Source: a virus (Duplodnaviria; Caudoviricetes). From it: 47,691 nt of DNA. This document shows, piece by piece, positions 14,967-23,293 of the stretch; the stretch's first letter is position 1; every line of letters starts with the position of its first letter. A program made the translations under genes and the position numbers. The notes under the pieces were generated by a model that was not told where the DNA came from, searched no databases, and saw only the letters and a program-made list of their open reading frames with translations. The stretch is taken from positions 1-47,691 of the IMG/VR virus record IMGVR_UViG_3300042196_000086, one strand, 5' to 3'.

Positions 14967-17915
14967 ATGGCAGCCTACGCACGAAGTACGGCGGGCGGCG
15001 GAACCAGCGGCACCGGAAATCGCAGCGTCACCGTCACGACCGCCGTCTCTGGCAGCCTGCTCGTCGCGTTCGTCTCGCTGTCAGCGAACACCGGCACGAC
15101 GCCCACGATGTCGGACGACCACGCCGATGGACTCGGCACGTGGACCAGGATCGGGACCGCACTCTGGGGCTCATCGCTCAACAACTCGGCGGTCTTCGTC
15201 CGCGATGCGCTCCTCGGCAGCACGGACACCTCGTTCGTTGTCACGTGCGCGAGCGGCTCGAACTCGGCGGGCGAGATTGCCGTGGTCGAGATCACGGGCA
15301 TGTCCCGCGCCGGGTCGAGCGCGATCCGGAGCAGCGGCAGCCAAGCCGACCAGGCATCCGGGACGACGCCCGCGCCCGTACTGAACCAGAGTGCGCTCAC
15401 CGAAAACGTGACGCTCGCCTCCGTGATGAGCGGTGACACGACGACGATAGCGCCGGCCGATTGGATCGCGCGCGTTGAAGCCGGTCAGAGCAACCCGACG
15501 ACCATGGTTGAGGTCTGCACCCGAGACAGCGGTTTCACTGGAACCACGATCACCTTCGGCGCGACGCAAGGCACCACGTTCGCATCGTGGGCGATCGAGC
15601 TGGATGGCTCGCAGGCGGTATCGGGGGCGACGATCGCCTCAACCGTAGCCATCAATGCTCCGACCGTCGCTCCCGGGCCTGTGGAGGTGGCGGGTGCCAC
15701 CATCGCGTCTGCCGCGGTCGTAACGGCGCCGACAGCGGCCTACGAGATCGCCGCGGCCTTCCTGGCGTCTACGCTCTCGCTCTTCGCGCCCACCGTCACC
15801 CCGGGGGCGGTAGAGGTCACCGGAGCCCACATTGCCTCGGGGGCAGCCCTCAACGCTCCGACCGTGGAGCTTTTCGTCCCGGGCCGCGAGTGGGTGATTC
15901 CTGGCTACGGCCAGGTCAACGAGCTTGGCGTCCGGCAAGCCATCCTTCCGGGCTACGGCCAGATCCAGGAGGACCAGGAGGTCGCAGCCGGGGGCCTGAA
16001 CATCACCCTCGCGCACATCGCGTCTGGCGTTGCGCTGAACGCGCCGACGATCACGGTCGGCTCGGTGGAAGTAGTAGGTGCCACGATTGCCTCTGGCGCT
16101 GCCCTCAACGCCCCGAGCGCGGCCTACGAGATCGCGGCGCCGAACATCGCCTCTGGAGCGGCGCTCTTTGCGCCCACAGTATCACCGGGAGCAGTCGAAG
16201 TCGCCGGGGCACACGTCGCCTCTACAGCCGCTCTCTCGCCGCCGACCGTTGCTCCAGGCTCCGTAGAGGTAGCCGGCGCGCATCTGGCGAGCACCGCTGC
16301 GCTGAGCGTCCCGAGCCTGGCCTATCAGGTCGAGCTCGCGACGATCGCGGCTGGCAGCACGCTCACGGTGCCCATCGTCACGCCTGGGGCCGTGGAAGTC
16401 GTCGGCGCGCACATCGCCAGTGGCGTCGCCCTCTTCGCGCCCACTGTTGCCCAGGAAGGCGGCACTCAGGAGGTCAGCGGCGCCACGATCGCGTCTACGG
16501 CCGTGCTCACGGCCCCGATGCTCGCCTACGAGATCCAGGGCAGCACGATCGCTTCAGGCAGCGTCATCTTTGTGCCGAGCCTCGCCTATGAGGTCGACGG
16601 TGCGACGCTGGCCTCGGGGATCACGCTCTTCGCGCCGACCGTTGTCCCGGATCAGGTCGTCTCTGGTGCGCACATCGCCTCGACCGTCGCCCTCAACGCT
16701 CCTACTGTCACGAGCGAAGGCGACATCGTAGGCGCGCACATCCCTTCGACGGTCGTCCTGAACGTTCCGACCGTCACCCCCGGCGCAGTAACGGTCACGG
16801 GTGCCCACATCGGCTCGACGCTTGCCCTGAACGCTCCGGCCGTGGCGTACGAGGTGAACGGAGCGCACATCGCCTCCGGCGCGATTCTCAACGCCCCGAC
16901 GGTAGCGCCAGGAGCGGTCACGGTCCAGGGCGCGCACATCGTCTCGAACGCGGTCCTCAACGCGCCTACCGTCGCCACTGGCTCTGTCGAGGTCACGGGC
17001 GCGCACATCGCCTCGGGTGCACAGCTCAACGGCCCGAGCGTCTTCGTCGGCCAGCTCGCCGAGTTCGTCCGCTTCGTCTTCGACCGCTCGAGCCGCCCTG
17101 CCGTCTCGAAGCTGACGACCGTGGTGATGAACGCTCCAGGCATCTCCGAGTTCGTTCTGACCCACGAATGGGCGATGGATGAGCCGAGCGATGGCTCGCA
17201 GCCTGTAAACCGCCTTGACTCGGTCGGAGGTTACACGCTGATTGAGCAGGGATCTCCACTTGGAAGTCAACCCGGACAACTCGGGAATGCAGTACTTTGC
17301 CGCATCGGATTTGGTCAGCTTGAGGGCGCTCCAGGCACAGAGCTTCTACCAACCGCCGGTCCATTCGCGTTGTCGTTCTGGTTCAGGCCCGGGATCACCA
17401 ATGGCGCCACTCAGGTGATGCTGCACCTGGGAAGCGGAACCGTCCCGGGCACCATTCGCTTGTTCGTCTCGCTGCCAGAGAGCCGCGATGTGGTTACGAC
17501 GGGCATCTTCACCCTCTCCGCTGGAGTAGGTCTTGGCGTCAGCCACACGATCACGACAAACGCCTGGTATCTCTACGCAGTTAGGCGCACGAGCAATGAC
17601 ATGTGGTCGGCCGCTCTGTGGGACGGCACCACCTGGACCGAGGCGGCACATCCGACGCCGATCGTCCTCGCGCCGATCACGTCCGAGCTGGCGATCGGAG
17701 CCTACAGTGACGGGACGTTCCCCGCGAACGTATGGGTGGACTCGCTCAGGCTCTGGGTCGGCAATCTCAGCAACGCTGACATCCTGGCGCTGCAGAGTGG
17801 CGGTCAGGCAGGCCCGCCTTCGGCCCTCGCGTTCTTCGCCTTCGAGCCACAGGGACAGCCGCAGGTCTCGCGGCTGACGGACATCGCCCTCTTCACGACA
17901 GGACAGGAGGAGTAG
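14967..17915 (+). CDS. Long fibre-like protein: N-terminal beta-sandwich, about 20 shaft repeats, C-terminal LamG/concanavalin-like domain
   Basis: Repeat consensus V.GAHIAS...LNAPTV. LamG signatures HEWAMDE, FALSFWFRP, NAWYLYAV, LAIGA and VDSLRLW...LS. Confidence 0.8.
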   Translation: MAAYARSTAGGGTSGTGNRSVTVTTAVSGSLLVAFVSLSANTGTTPTMSDDHADGLGTWTRIGTALWGSSLNNSAVFVRDALLGSTDTSFVVTCASGSNSAGEIAVVEITGMSRAGSSAIRSSGSQADQASGTTPAPVLNQSALTENVTLASVMSGDTTTIAPADWIARVEAGQSNPTTMVEVCTRDSGFTGTTITFGATQGTTFASWAIELDGSQAVSGATIASTVAINAPTVAPGPVEVAGATIASAAVVTAPTAAYEIAAAFLASTLSLFAPTVTPGAVEVTGAHIASGAALNAPTVELFVPGREWVIPGYGQVNELGVRQAILPGYGQIQEDQEVAAGGLNITLAHIASGVALNAPTITVGSVEVVGATIASGAALNAPSAAYEIAAPNIASGAALFAPTVSPGAVEVAGAHVASTAALSPPTVAPGSVEVAGAHLASTAALSVPSLAYQVELATIAAGSTLTVPIVTPGAVEVVGAHIASGVALFAPTVAQEGGTQEVSGATIASTAVLTAPMLAYEIQGSTIASGSVIFVPSLAYEVDGATLASGITLFAPTVVPDQVVSGAHIASTVALNAPTVTSEGDIVGAHIPSTVVLNVPTVTPGAVTVTGAHIGSTLALNAPAVAYEVNGAHIASGAILNAPTVAPGAVTVQGAHIVSNAVLNAPTVATGSVEVTGAHIASGAQLNGPSVFVGQLAEFVRFVFDRSSRPAVSKLTTVVMNAPGISEFVLTHEWAMDEPSDGSQPVNRLDSVGGYTLIEQGSPLGSQPGQLGNAVLCRIGFGQLEGAPGTELLPTAGPFALSFWFRPGITNGATQVMLHLGSGTVPGTIRLFVSLPESRDVVTTGIFTLSAGVGLGVSHTITTNAWYLYAVRRTSNDMWSAALWDGTTWTEAAHPTPIVLAPITSELAIGAYSDGTFPANVWVDSLRLWVGNLSNADILALQSGGQAGPPSALAFFAFEPQGQPQVSRLTDIALFTTGQEE

Positions 17916-17919
17916 CCCC

Positions 17920-18303
17920 ATGGCAGAACCCCGCATCGTCCTGCCCGATATCGTGGCCGAGAAGAGCACGTGTCGTATCACGGGCGCCCTTGTGGATGAG
18001 GCGGGTGTGGCGCTCGGCTCATCGCAGCTCTCGACCCTGACGCTCACGCTCTACGCTCTCATCGATACGCTGCCGATCATCAACACCAACACCGACAAGA
18101 ACATCCTCAACGCGAACCAGGGCACGATCGACGCTGGAGGGCTCTTCACGCTGACGCTGGCGCCGGCGGACAACGTCATCATAGCGACAGGGCAAACGGA
18201 CGAGACGCACCGCGCGCTCCTGAAGTGGACCTGGGCGGCCGGAGCCAAGGCCGGGCTGCTCGAGATCGACTTCCGGGTCAGGAACTTCGAGAAGGTCACG
18301 TGA
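17920..18303 (+). CDS. Small beta-sandwich structural/adaptor protein (BppU-N-like)
   Basis: GGAGGAG SD. G.FTLTLAPAD and LKWTW motifs. Confidence 0.6.
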   Translation: MAEPRIVLPDIVAEKSTCRITGALVDEAGVALGSSQLSTLTLTLYALIDTLPIINTNTDKNILNANQGTIDAGGLFTLTLAPADNVIIATGQTDETHRALLKWTWAAGAKAGLLEIDFRVRNFEKVT

Positions 18304-18734
18304 AGAAGCGCACAGGGCGCCCGCCCTACAAGCCGAAGGATTTCGACCGTGGGCGTGTCGCGGTATGGGCCGAGGCTGGGATTCCACAGCGGGTGATCGC
18401 CTACAGAATCGATTGCGCCCTCGTTACGCTCCGCAAGCACTTCGCCGAAGAATTGGCCTTCGGTTCGGAAGCGGCCTCGGCGGATGTTGCCGAACGTCTC
18501 TATGCCGTCGCGATGGGCAAGCACGGTGCTTCCGTTCGAGATCAGCTCCTTGCGCAGATGTTCTGGCTGAAGTGTCGAAGGGGCTGGAAGGACCACCAGA
18601 CCGTCACGGTTCAGAACCCAGACGGCACGGCGCTCTTCGAGGACTGGCCGGATGCCAAGCTGGCCGCGGTCACGCGCCGAGCCCTCGAGGTGCTCGAGAA
18701 GAAGGGCAAGCGCGAGAAGAAGGCGACGGGGTGA
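18300..18734 (+). CDS. terS: Terminase small subunit
   Basis: GRPPYKP...GIPQ..IA..I.C...TLRKHFAEEL...AQMFWLK.RRGW is a typical TerS pattern. Immediately upstream of TerL. Confidence 0.85.
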   Translation: MKKRTGRPPYKPKDFDRGRVAVWAEAGIPQRVIAYRIDCALVTLRKHFAEELAFGSEAASADVAERLYAVAMGKHGASVRDQLLAQMFWLKCRRGWKDHQTVTVQNPDGTALFEDWPDAKLAAVTRRALEVLEKKGKREKKATG

Positions 18735-20254
18735 TGGAAAGCCATCGGGCCGCGCTCATCCGCGCCGCGCGCGCCGACTCGAGCGTCTTCACCGACCTGA
18801 TCTTCCGTTACGAGTCCGCGCCGTTCCACCGCGCGTGGCACGAGGTCTGGAATATCCCAGGTGTTCGCTGCGTGCAGTGGTCGCCGGTCGAGCACGGGAA
18901 GACCCAGCAGGTCACCGGCTGGGCACTTCACCGCATGGGGAGCGACCCGAAGGAAGCACGGATCCTCTGGGTGGGCTCCGCGCTCAGCGCCGCGCGCAAG
19001 TCGGTCGGCGTCATCAAGGCCCTGATCGAGACGGGGCATCGCGAGCTCGTGGCCGTCTTTCCCGACCTGAAGCCAGGAGGGAAGTGGACGGAGACCCAAC
19101 TCTCCGTAGCGGGCGCCCAGGCCACCGAGAAGGACTACACGCTCGAGGCAGTTGGCGTCGAGGGCGCGATCCTCGGCGGCCGCTTCACGGACGTCATCCT
19201 TGATGACATCTGCACAGCGCAGACCACCTACACCTTCGACCAGCGCGACAAGGTCGCGAAGTGGGTGCTCTCGACGATCATGGGCCGCGTCCTCCCGGGC
19301 GGGCGCATCATCTGCCTCGGCAATGCCTGGTATCCCGATGATGTGATGCACGTGCTCGCCGAGCGCGGCTACCGGGTGATTCGAGACACGGGCTATCGCG
19401 AGGACGAGTCCGGCCAGATCGTACCGGGCTCGATCCTCTGGCCGGCGCAGTTCCCACTCGAGCGGCTCGGCGAGTTCCCGGACTCGAGGCTCCCCGACGG
19501 CGGCCCGTCGAAGCGACGCGAGCTCGGCATGATCGAGTCCATGCGGCAGCTCCGCTGCATCCCCTACGCCCCCGGGCAGGGCCGCTTCCGCATGGAGTGG
19601 TTCGAGAAGGCGATGCGGTCCGACCTCGTGCTGCTGCCGGCGGACGCCTTCTACCGCGGCGAGTGGGGCACTGCGTTCCTCGGGATCGACTGCGGAATCT
19701 CCGAGAAGGAAGGGCGCGATCTCTGGGGCTTCTGGGCGATGGGCGTGAACCCCACGAACGGCCGCCGCACCGTCCTCGATGCGCTCGAAGCGCGCATGGA
19801 GGGCCCTACCGCGCTCGCCACACTCCGCGACTGGCACCGGCGCCTCTCCCCCGTGACGTGGGTCGAGAATAACGCGGCGCAGGAGTTCATCCGGCAGTTC
19901 GCCGGCGCCGAAGGGATCGCGACTAGGGCGCACACGACGGGCAAGAACAAGCTCGACCCGTCGATCGGCGTCGCCTCGCTCGGCGTCGAGCTTGAGCAAG
20001 GGCTGTGGAACCTGCCCGCCGGCGACGAGCGGTCGGCGGCGATGATGACGCGGTGGCGCTCGCAGTGCCTCGCGTTCGCGCCCGGGCAGCACACGGGCGA
20101 CCTGCTCATGGCGTCGTGGATCGCGCGCGAGGGCGCGCGCTTCGGGGCTGACGCCGAGGGCGTCATCGGCGAGACGAAGAAGGGTTCGAAGGGCGCGCAC
20201 TACGGCCAGATCCGCGCGCGTTACGGCCAGGCCGAGGGCCTGTTTCGGAGGTAG
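18734..20254 (+). CDS. terL: Terminase large subunit
   Basis: Walker A-like PVEHGKT, ILGGRF, Walker B VILDD, coupling motif GNAW. Nuclease motifs GID, VENN and GDLLMA. Confidence 0.92.
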   Translation: MESHRAALIRAARADSSVFTDLIFRYESAPFHRAWHEVWNIPGVRCVQWSPVEHGKTQQVTGWALHRMGSDPKEARILWVGSALSAARKSVGVIKALIETGHRELVAVFPDLKPGGKWTETQLSVAGAQATEKDYTLEAVGVEGAILGGRFTDVILDDICTAQTTYTFDQRDKVAKWVLSTIMGRVLPGGRIICLGNAWYPDDVMHVLAERGYRVIRDTGYREDESGQIVPGSILWPAQFPLERLGEFPDSRLPDGGPSKRRELGMIESMRQLRCIPYAPGQGRFRMEWFEKAMRSDLVLLPADAFYRGEWGTAFLGIDCGISEKEGRDLWGFWAMGVNPTNGRRTVLDALEARMEGPTALATLRDWHRRLSPVTWVENNAAQEFIRQFAGAEGIATRAHTTGKNKLDPSIGVASLGVELEQGLWNLPAGDERSAAMMTRWRSQCLAFAPGQHTGDLLMASWIAREGARFGADAEGVIGETKKGSKGAHYGQIRARYGQAEGLFRR

Positions 20255-20257
20255 ATC

Positions 20258-21835
20258 ATGGGCGTCCTTCGCAGCATTCAGCGCCGGCTCGTCGAGGCCC
20301 TCGGGGGCTCGCTCCTCGGGGACGTCGGGCTCTCCGGCGACACCGACTCCGAGCTCCGCGGCTTCCGGACGATCACCGACCGCGTGCAGACGCGCGACCT
20401 CACCCAGCTTTCCCACGAGCAGATGGTGAAGCTTGCGCTCTACCTCTACAGCTCGAACAACCTCGCGAAGTGGCTCGTGAACACGCCCGTTGGCCTCACG
20501 GTGGGGAAGTCGATCGGCTACTCGATCGATATCGACCTTGAGATGGCGGCCGCGATGGGGGCGAGCGGCGCGCCTACGACACCCGAGCAGGCGCGTCGGC
20601 TGTCGAACGAGATTCGCGGGTGGTTGGACATGTTCTGGCGCCACCCCGCGCACGATGTTGAGGGCCGCGCGGACCTCTACGCCAAGACGTTCCTCGTCAC
20701 TGGCCACCTCGTGCTGCCCGTCGCCCGGGTGAACCCGACATCGGGCGTGCCGCAACTCGATCTGATCGATGCGGGCCAGGTGAAGGGTGTCACGCCCTTC
20801 GAGGGCTCTGCCATGCAGCCCGGCGCTGTCATCTACACGCCCGTCGGGTTCGGCGAGGAGAAGACCGTGGACGTGATCCGGCCCGACGTCAACGGCGCGC
20901 TGCTCCCGCTCACGCCGAACGACCGAGGCCTCGCCGGCTGCCTCTACTTCGCGAACACGTCGCTCCTGAACTCGCTCCGTGGCGTGTCGTACCTCATGGA
21001 CGTCGCCGACTGGATCGACGCGCTCGACCAAGGCACGTGGACGAGCCTCGACCGGGCGAAGCTCCGCAACGCGATCGTCTGGCACCTGGTAGTCGAGGGC
21101 GCCGACACCGAGCAGAAGATCACGGCCGAGGTCACGAAGCTGGTGAATGCCCTCGTGAACCCCGGCAACGTCTACGGCTCGAATGAGCGCGTGACGCTCG
21201 AGGCGAGGTCCTCGAACATCGCCGCGGGCGATACGGTCGAGCTGCACACCCTCATCCGCAACCACATCCTGGGCTCGAAGAGCATGCCGGAGGTCTGGTT
21301 CGGCGAGGGCGGCAACGCGAACCGCTCAACGGCGAGCGAGCAGACGGACGTCGCCTACAAGGCGCTCGGCGAGATCCAACAGGGCTTCCGCCGGATCTTC
21401 CGGACGCTGCTCTGGTTCGGGTACGACTCGATTCAGGCGCGTCAGACGCGGCTCCCGTTCCGCCCCGACGCTCCCTGGCTCAGGATCGAGCCCGATCTGC
21501 CGACCGTGCAGGAGCGCGACATCTCGCGCGCGGCGACGGCGCTCGTTCAGCTCGAGGCGACGCTCGAGTCGGCAGTCTCCTCAGAGTTCATCTCGCGGCA
21601 GTCGGCGCGCGAGGCGTTCCTGTCCATGGCCGGGAAGCTGGCGGGCCGCGAGTTCGAGCTCGACAAGGAGCTGGAGCGAATCGAAGGCGAGAGCAAAGCG
21701 CGCGCGGAGGAGCAGGAGCGCGCGGCGAACGCCCGGGTGCGTGCGGCGCTCGGCGCGATGAACGACGACGGTTCGGACATGGATCCCGACGCAGTCGACA
21801 ATGAGAGCAGGGGAGGGGCCGCCGCGGCCGCATGA
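20258..21835 (+). CDS. Portal protein
   Basis: 525 aa directly after TerL. RGVSYL, MPEVWFG...NRST and acidic C-tail. Confidence 0.85.
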   Translation: MGVLRSIQRRLVEALGGSLLGDVGLSGDTDSELRGFRTITDRVQTRDLTQLSHEQMVKLALYLYSSNNLAKWLVNTPVGLTVGKSIGYSIDIDLEMAAAMGASGAPTTPEQARRLSNEIRGWLDMFWRHPAHDVEGRADLYAKTFLVTGHLVLPVARVNPTSGVPQLDLIDAGQVKGVTPFEGSAMQPGAVIYTPVGFGEEKTVDVIRPDVNGALLPLTPNDRGLAGCLYFANTSLLNSLRGVSYLMDVADWIDALDQGTWTSLDRAKLRNAIVWHLVVEGADTEQKITAEVTKLVNALVNPGNVYGSNERVTLEARSSNIAAGDTVELHTLIRNHILGSKSMPEVWFGEGGNANRSTASEQTDVAYKALGEIQQGFRRIFRTLLWFGYDSIQARQTRLPFRPDAPWLRIEPDLPTVQERDISRAATALVQLEATLESAVSSEFISRQSAREAFLSMAGKLAGREFELDKELERIEGESKARAEEQERAANARVRAALGAMNDDGSDMDPDAVDNESRGGAAAAA

Positions 21836-22632
21836 GCACGCAGTACCGAATCCGGCCGATCCTGCGGCGCGCCGGGCGCCTCGAGGAGGCGGCGGTGCGC
21901 GCGCAGCTCCGGATCCTCCGCGACGCGCGCCGGGCGATCCTCGCCCGCATGGTGGACGCGGGCGCCTTCGACCGCTTCCGCCTGACGCTGCTGCTCCAAG
22001 CGATCGACATCGAGATCATGCAGGGCACGGCGGCAGCGCAGCGGGCGATCGCGGGCGCCACCGAGCAGGCATTCGGCCTCGGCCGGCTGTTCTCGACGGT
22101 CGCGCTCGGCACGCCACAGGGCCTCATTGGTGTCTCGGGCGAACTCCTCCGCGCGGTCGTGTTCGTCACCACCGACCAGATACGCGACGTCTGGGGCGAG
22201 CTCGGGTCGCGGTTGAAGCTCATCATCCGGCGCGCGGCGCTCGGGGTCACGGACCCGTTCGAGGCGATGAAGGCGCTCGCGCGCGTGATTCGGGATCCGA
22301 AGACGTTCGGCCGGGCCTTCTGGCGCGCGGAGGCGATCGTGCGCACCGAGGTCGGGCGCGCCTTCGAGATCGCATCCCAAGCGGAGAAGGAACGAGCAGC
22401 GAAGGCCGGGGTGAAGGTCGGTAAGTACTGGCTCCACTCTGGACGGACGGTGCATCCGCGCCCGGAGCACATCGCGGCCGGCGAGACCTACAGCTTGAAG
22501 GCTCCGATTCTGTGGAATCGCCCGTTCGTGATTGCGGGCGAAAATCTGATGTACCCGAAGGATCCGAGCGCGAGCGCGGCCAACACGATCAACTGCGGCT
22601 GCACGAGTGTCCCAGTGGTCTTGGAAAGCTAG
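21832..22632 (+). CDS. MuF/SPP1 gp7-like head morphogenesis protein
   Basis: RAEAIVRTE, K.W...R..H and YPKDP....NTINCGC terminal motif. Confidence 0.88.
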   Translation: MSTQYRIRPILRRAGRLEEAAVRAQLRILRDARRAILARMVDAGAFDRFRLTLLLQAIDIEIMQGTAAAQRAIAGATEQAFGLGRLFSTVALGTPQGLIGVSGELLRAVVFVTTDQIRDVWGELGSRLKLIIRRAALGVTDPFEAMKALARVIRDPKTFGRAFWRAEAIVRTEVGRAFEIASQAEKERAAKAGVKVGKYWLHSGRTVHPRPEHIAAGETYSLKAPILWNRPFVIAGENLMYPKDPSASAANTINCGCTSVPVVLES

Positions 22633-22640
22633 GAGGCGAG

Positions 22641-22982
22641 ATGGCGAAGAAGCGACAGGCTGACGAAGACTGGCCCCCGATTCCAGGACCGCTGCCTCCG
22701 GCTCCTCCGCGCAATGAGGCCGCTCAGCAACTCGCCGATGAGGCCGCGATGCTCGGCAACCTGACGCCGCTCGACCGCGCGATGCTCGCCTTCGAGCTCG
22801 AGCCCGAGCACGTGCTCGGCTCGAACGTGAAGGAGGGCCCCGATAGCACGGTCGAGGTCGTGATCGTGACCCAGGGCGGGCAGCGCCTGCGCTGGCCGGC
22901 GGATGCGGGGCGCGTCCTCGCGCAGCACGAGAAGGACGGCACCGTCCCGGGGGCAGCCCCGGCCGGGATCTTCAAGCGGTAG
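22641..22982 (+). CDS. Hypothetical protein
   Basis: AGGAGG SD. Starts MAKKRQADEDW. Confidence 0.75.
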   Translation: MAKKRQADEDWPPIPGPLPPAPPRNEAAQQLADEAAMLGNLTPLDRAMLAFELEPEHVLGSNVKEGPDSTVEVVIVTQGGQRLRWPADAGRVLAQHEKDGTVPGAAPAGIFKR

Positions 22983-23006
22983 AAAGCGAGGGGAGCGGAC
23001 GTGGCG

Positions 23007-23216
23007 ATGGATCGACTGCTCGAGCGGCTCGAGGATCCCCGTCCGCTCCGCGTGCACGAGGTCGCGGAGCTCACGGGCTACTCGCTCCCGACCGTCCGGA
23101 AGCTGATCGAGGCGGGGGTGCTTCGCACCGTCGTTCCGGAAAGCCTGATCGAGCGCCGCGTGCCGATCACAGAGGCCCGCCGCCTCTGTCGCGACCTCGG
23201 CATGCTGGAGGACTAG
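23007..23216 (+). CDS. Small HTH_17/MerR-like DNA-binding protein
   Basis: LRVHEVAELTGYSLPTVRKLIEAGVL...RRVP. Alternative GTG start at 23001. Confidence 0.8.
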   Translation: MDRLLERLEDPRPLRVHEVAELTGYSLPTVRKLIEAGVLRTVVPESLIERRVPITEARRLCRDLGMLED

Positions 23217-23221
23217 CGAAA

Positions 23222-23240
23222 AGTCTGCAAGAGTCTGCAA
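23222..23240 (+). promoter_or_regulatory. Tandem direct repeat AGTCTGCAA x2, putative operator upstream of the capsid gene
   Basis: Exact 9-mers at 23222 and 23232 (10-bp period) in the intergenic gap. Confidence 0.5.
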
Positions 23241-23293
23241 CTCTTTCGGGCACCCCCTAGACGCGCCCCGCCCGGCTCCCGCACCCTCGATCC

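Noticed and set aside
18611-21265. 884-aa minus-strand ORF, and similar long antisense ORFs at 23594-25480, 28041-30059 and 1411-2841
   Set aside because: Shadow frames of strongly GC3-biased plus-strand genes (TerL/portal, capsid, tail). They are Arg/Ala/Gly-rich with no motifs.
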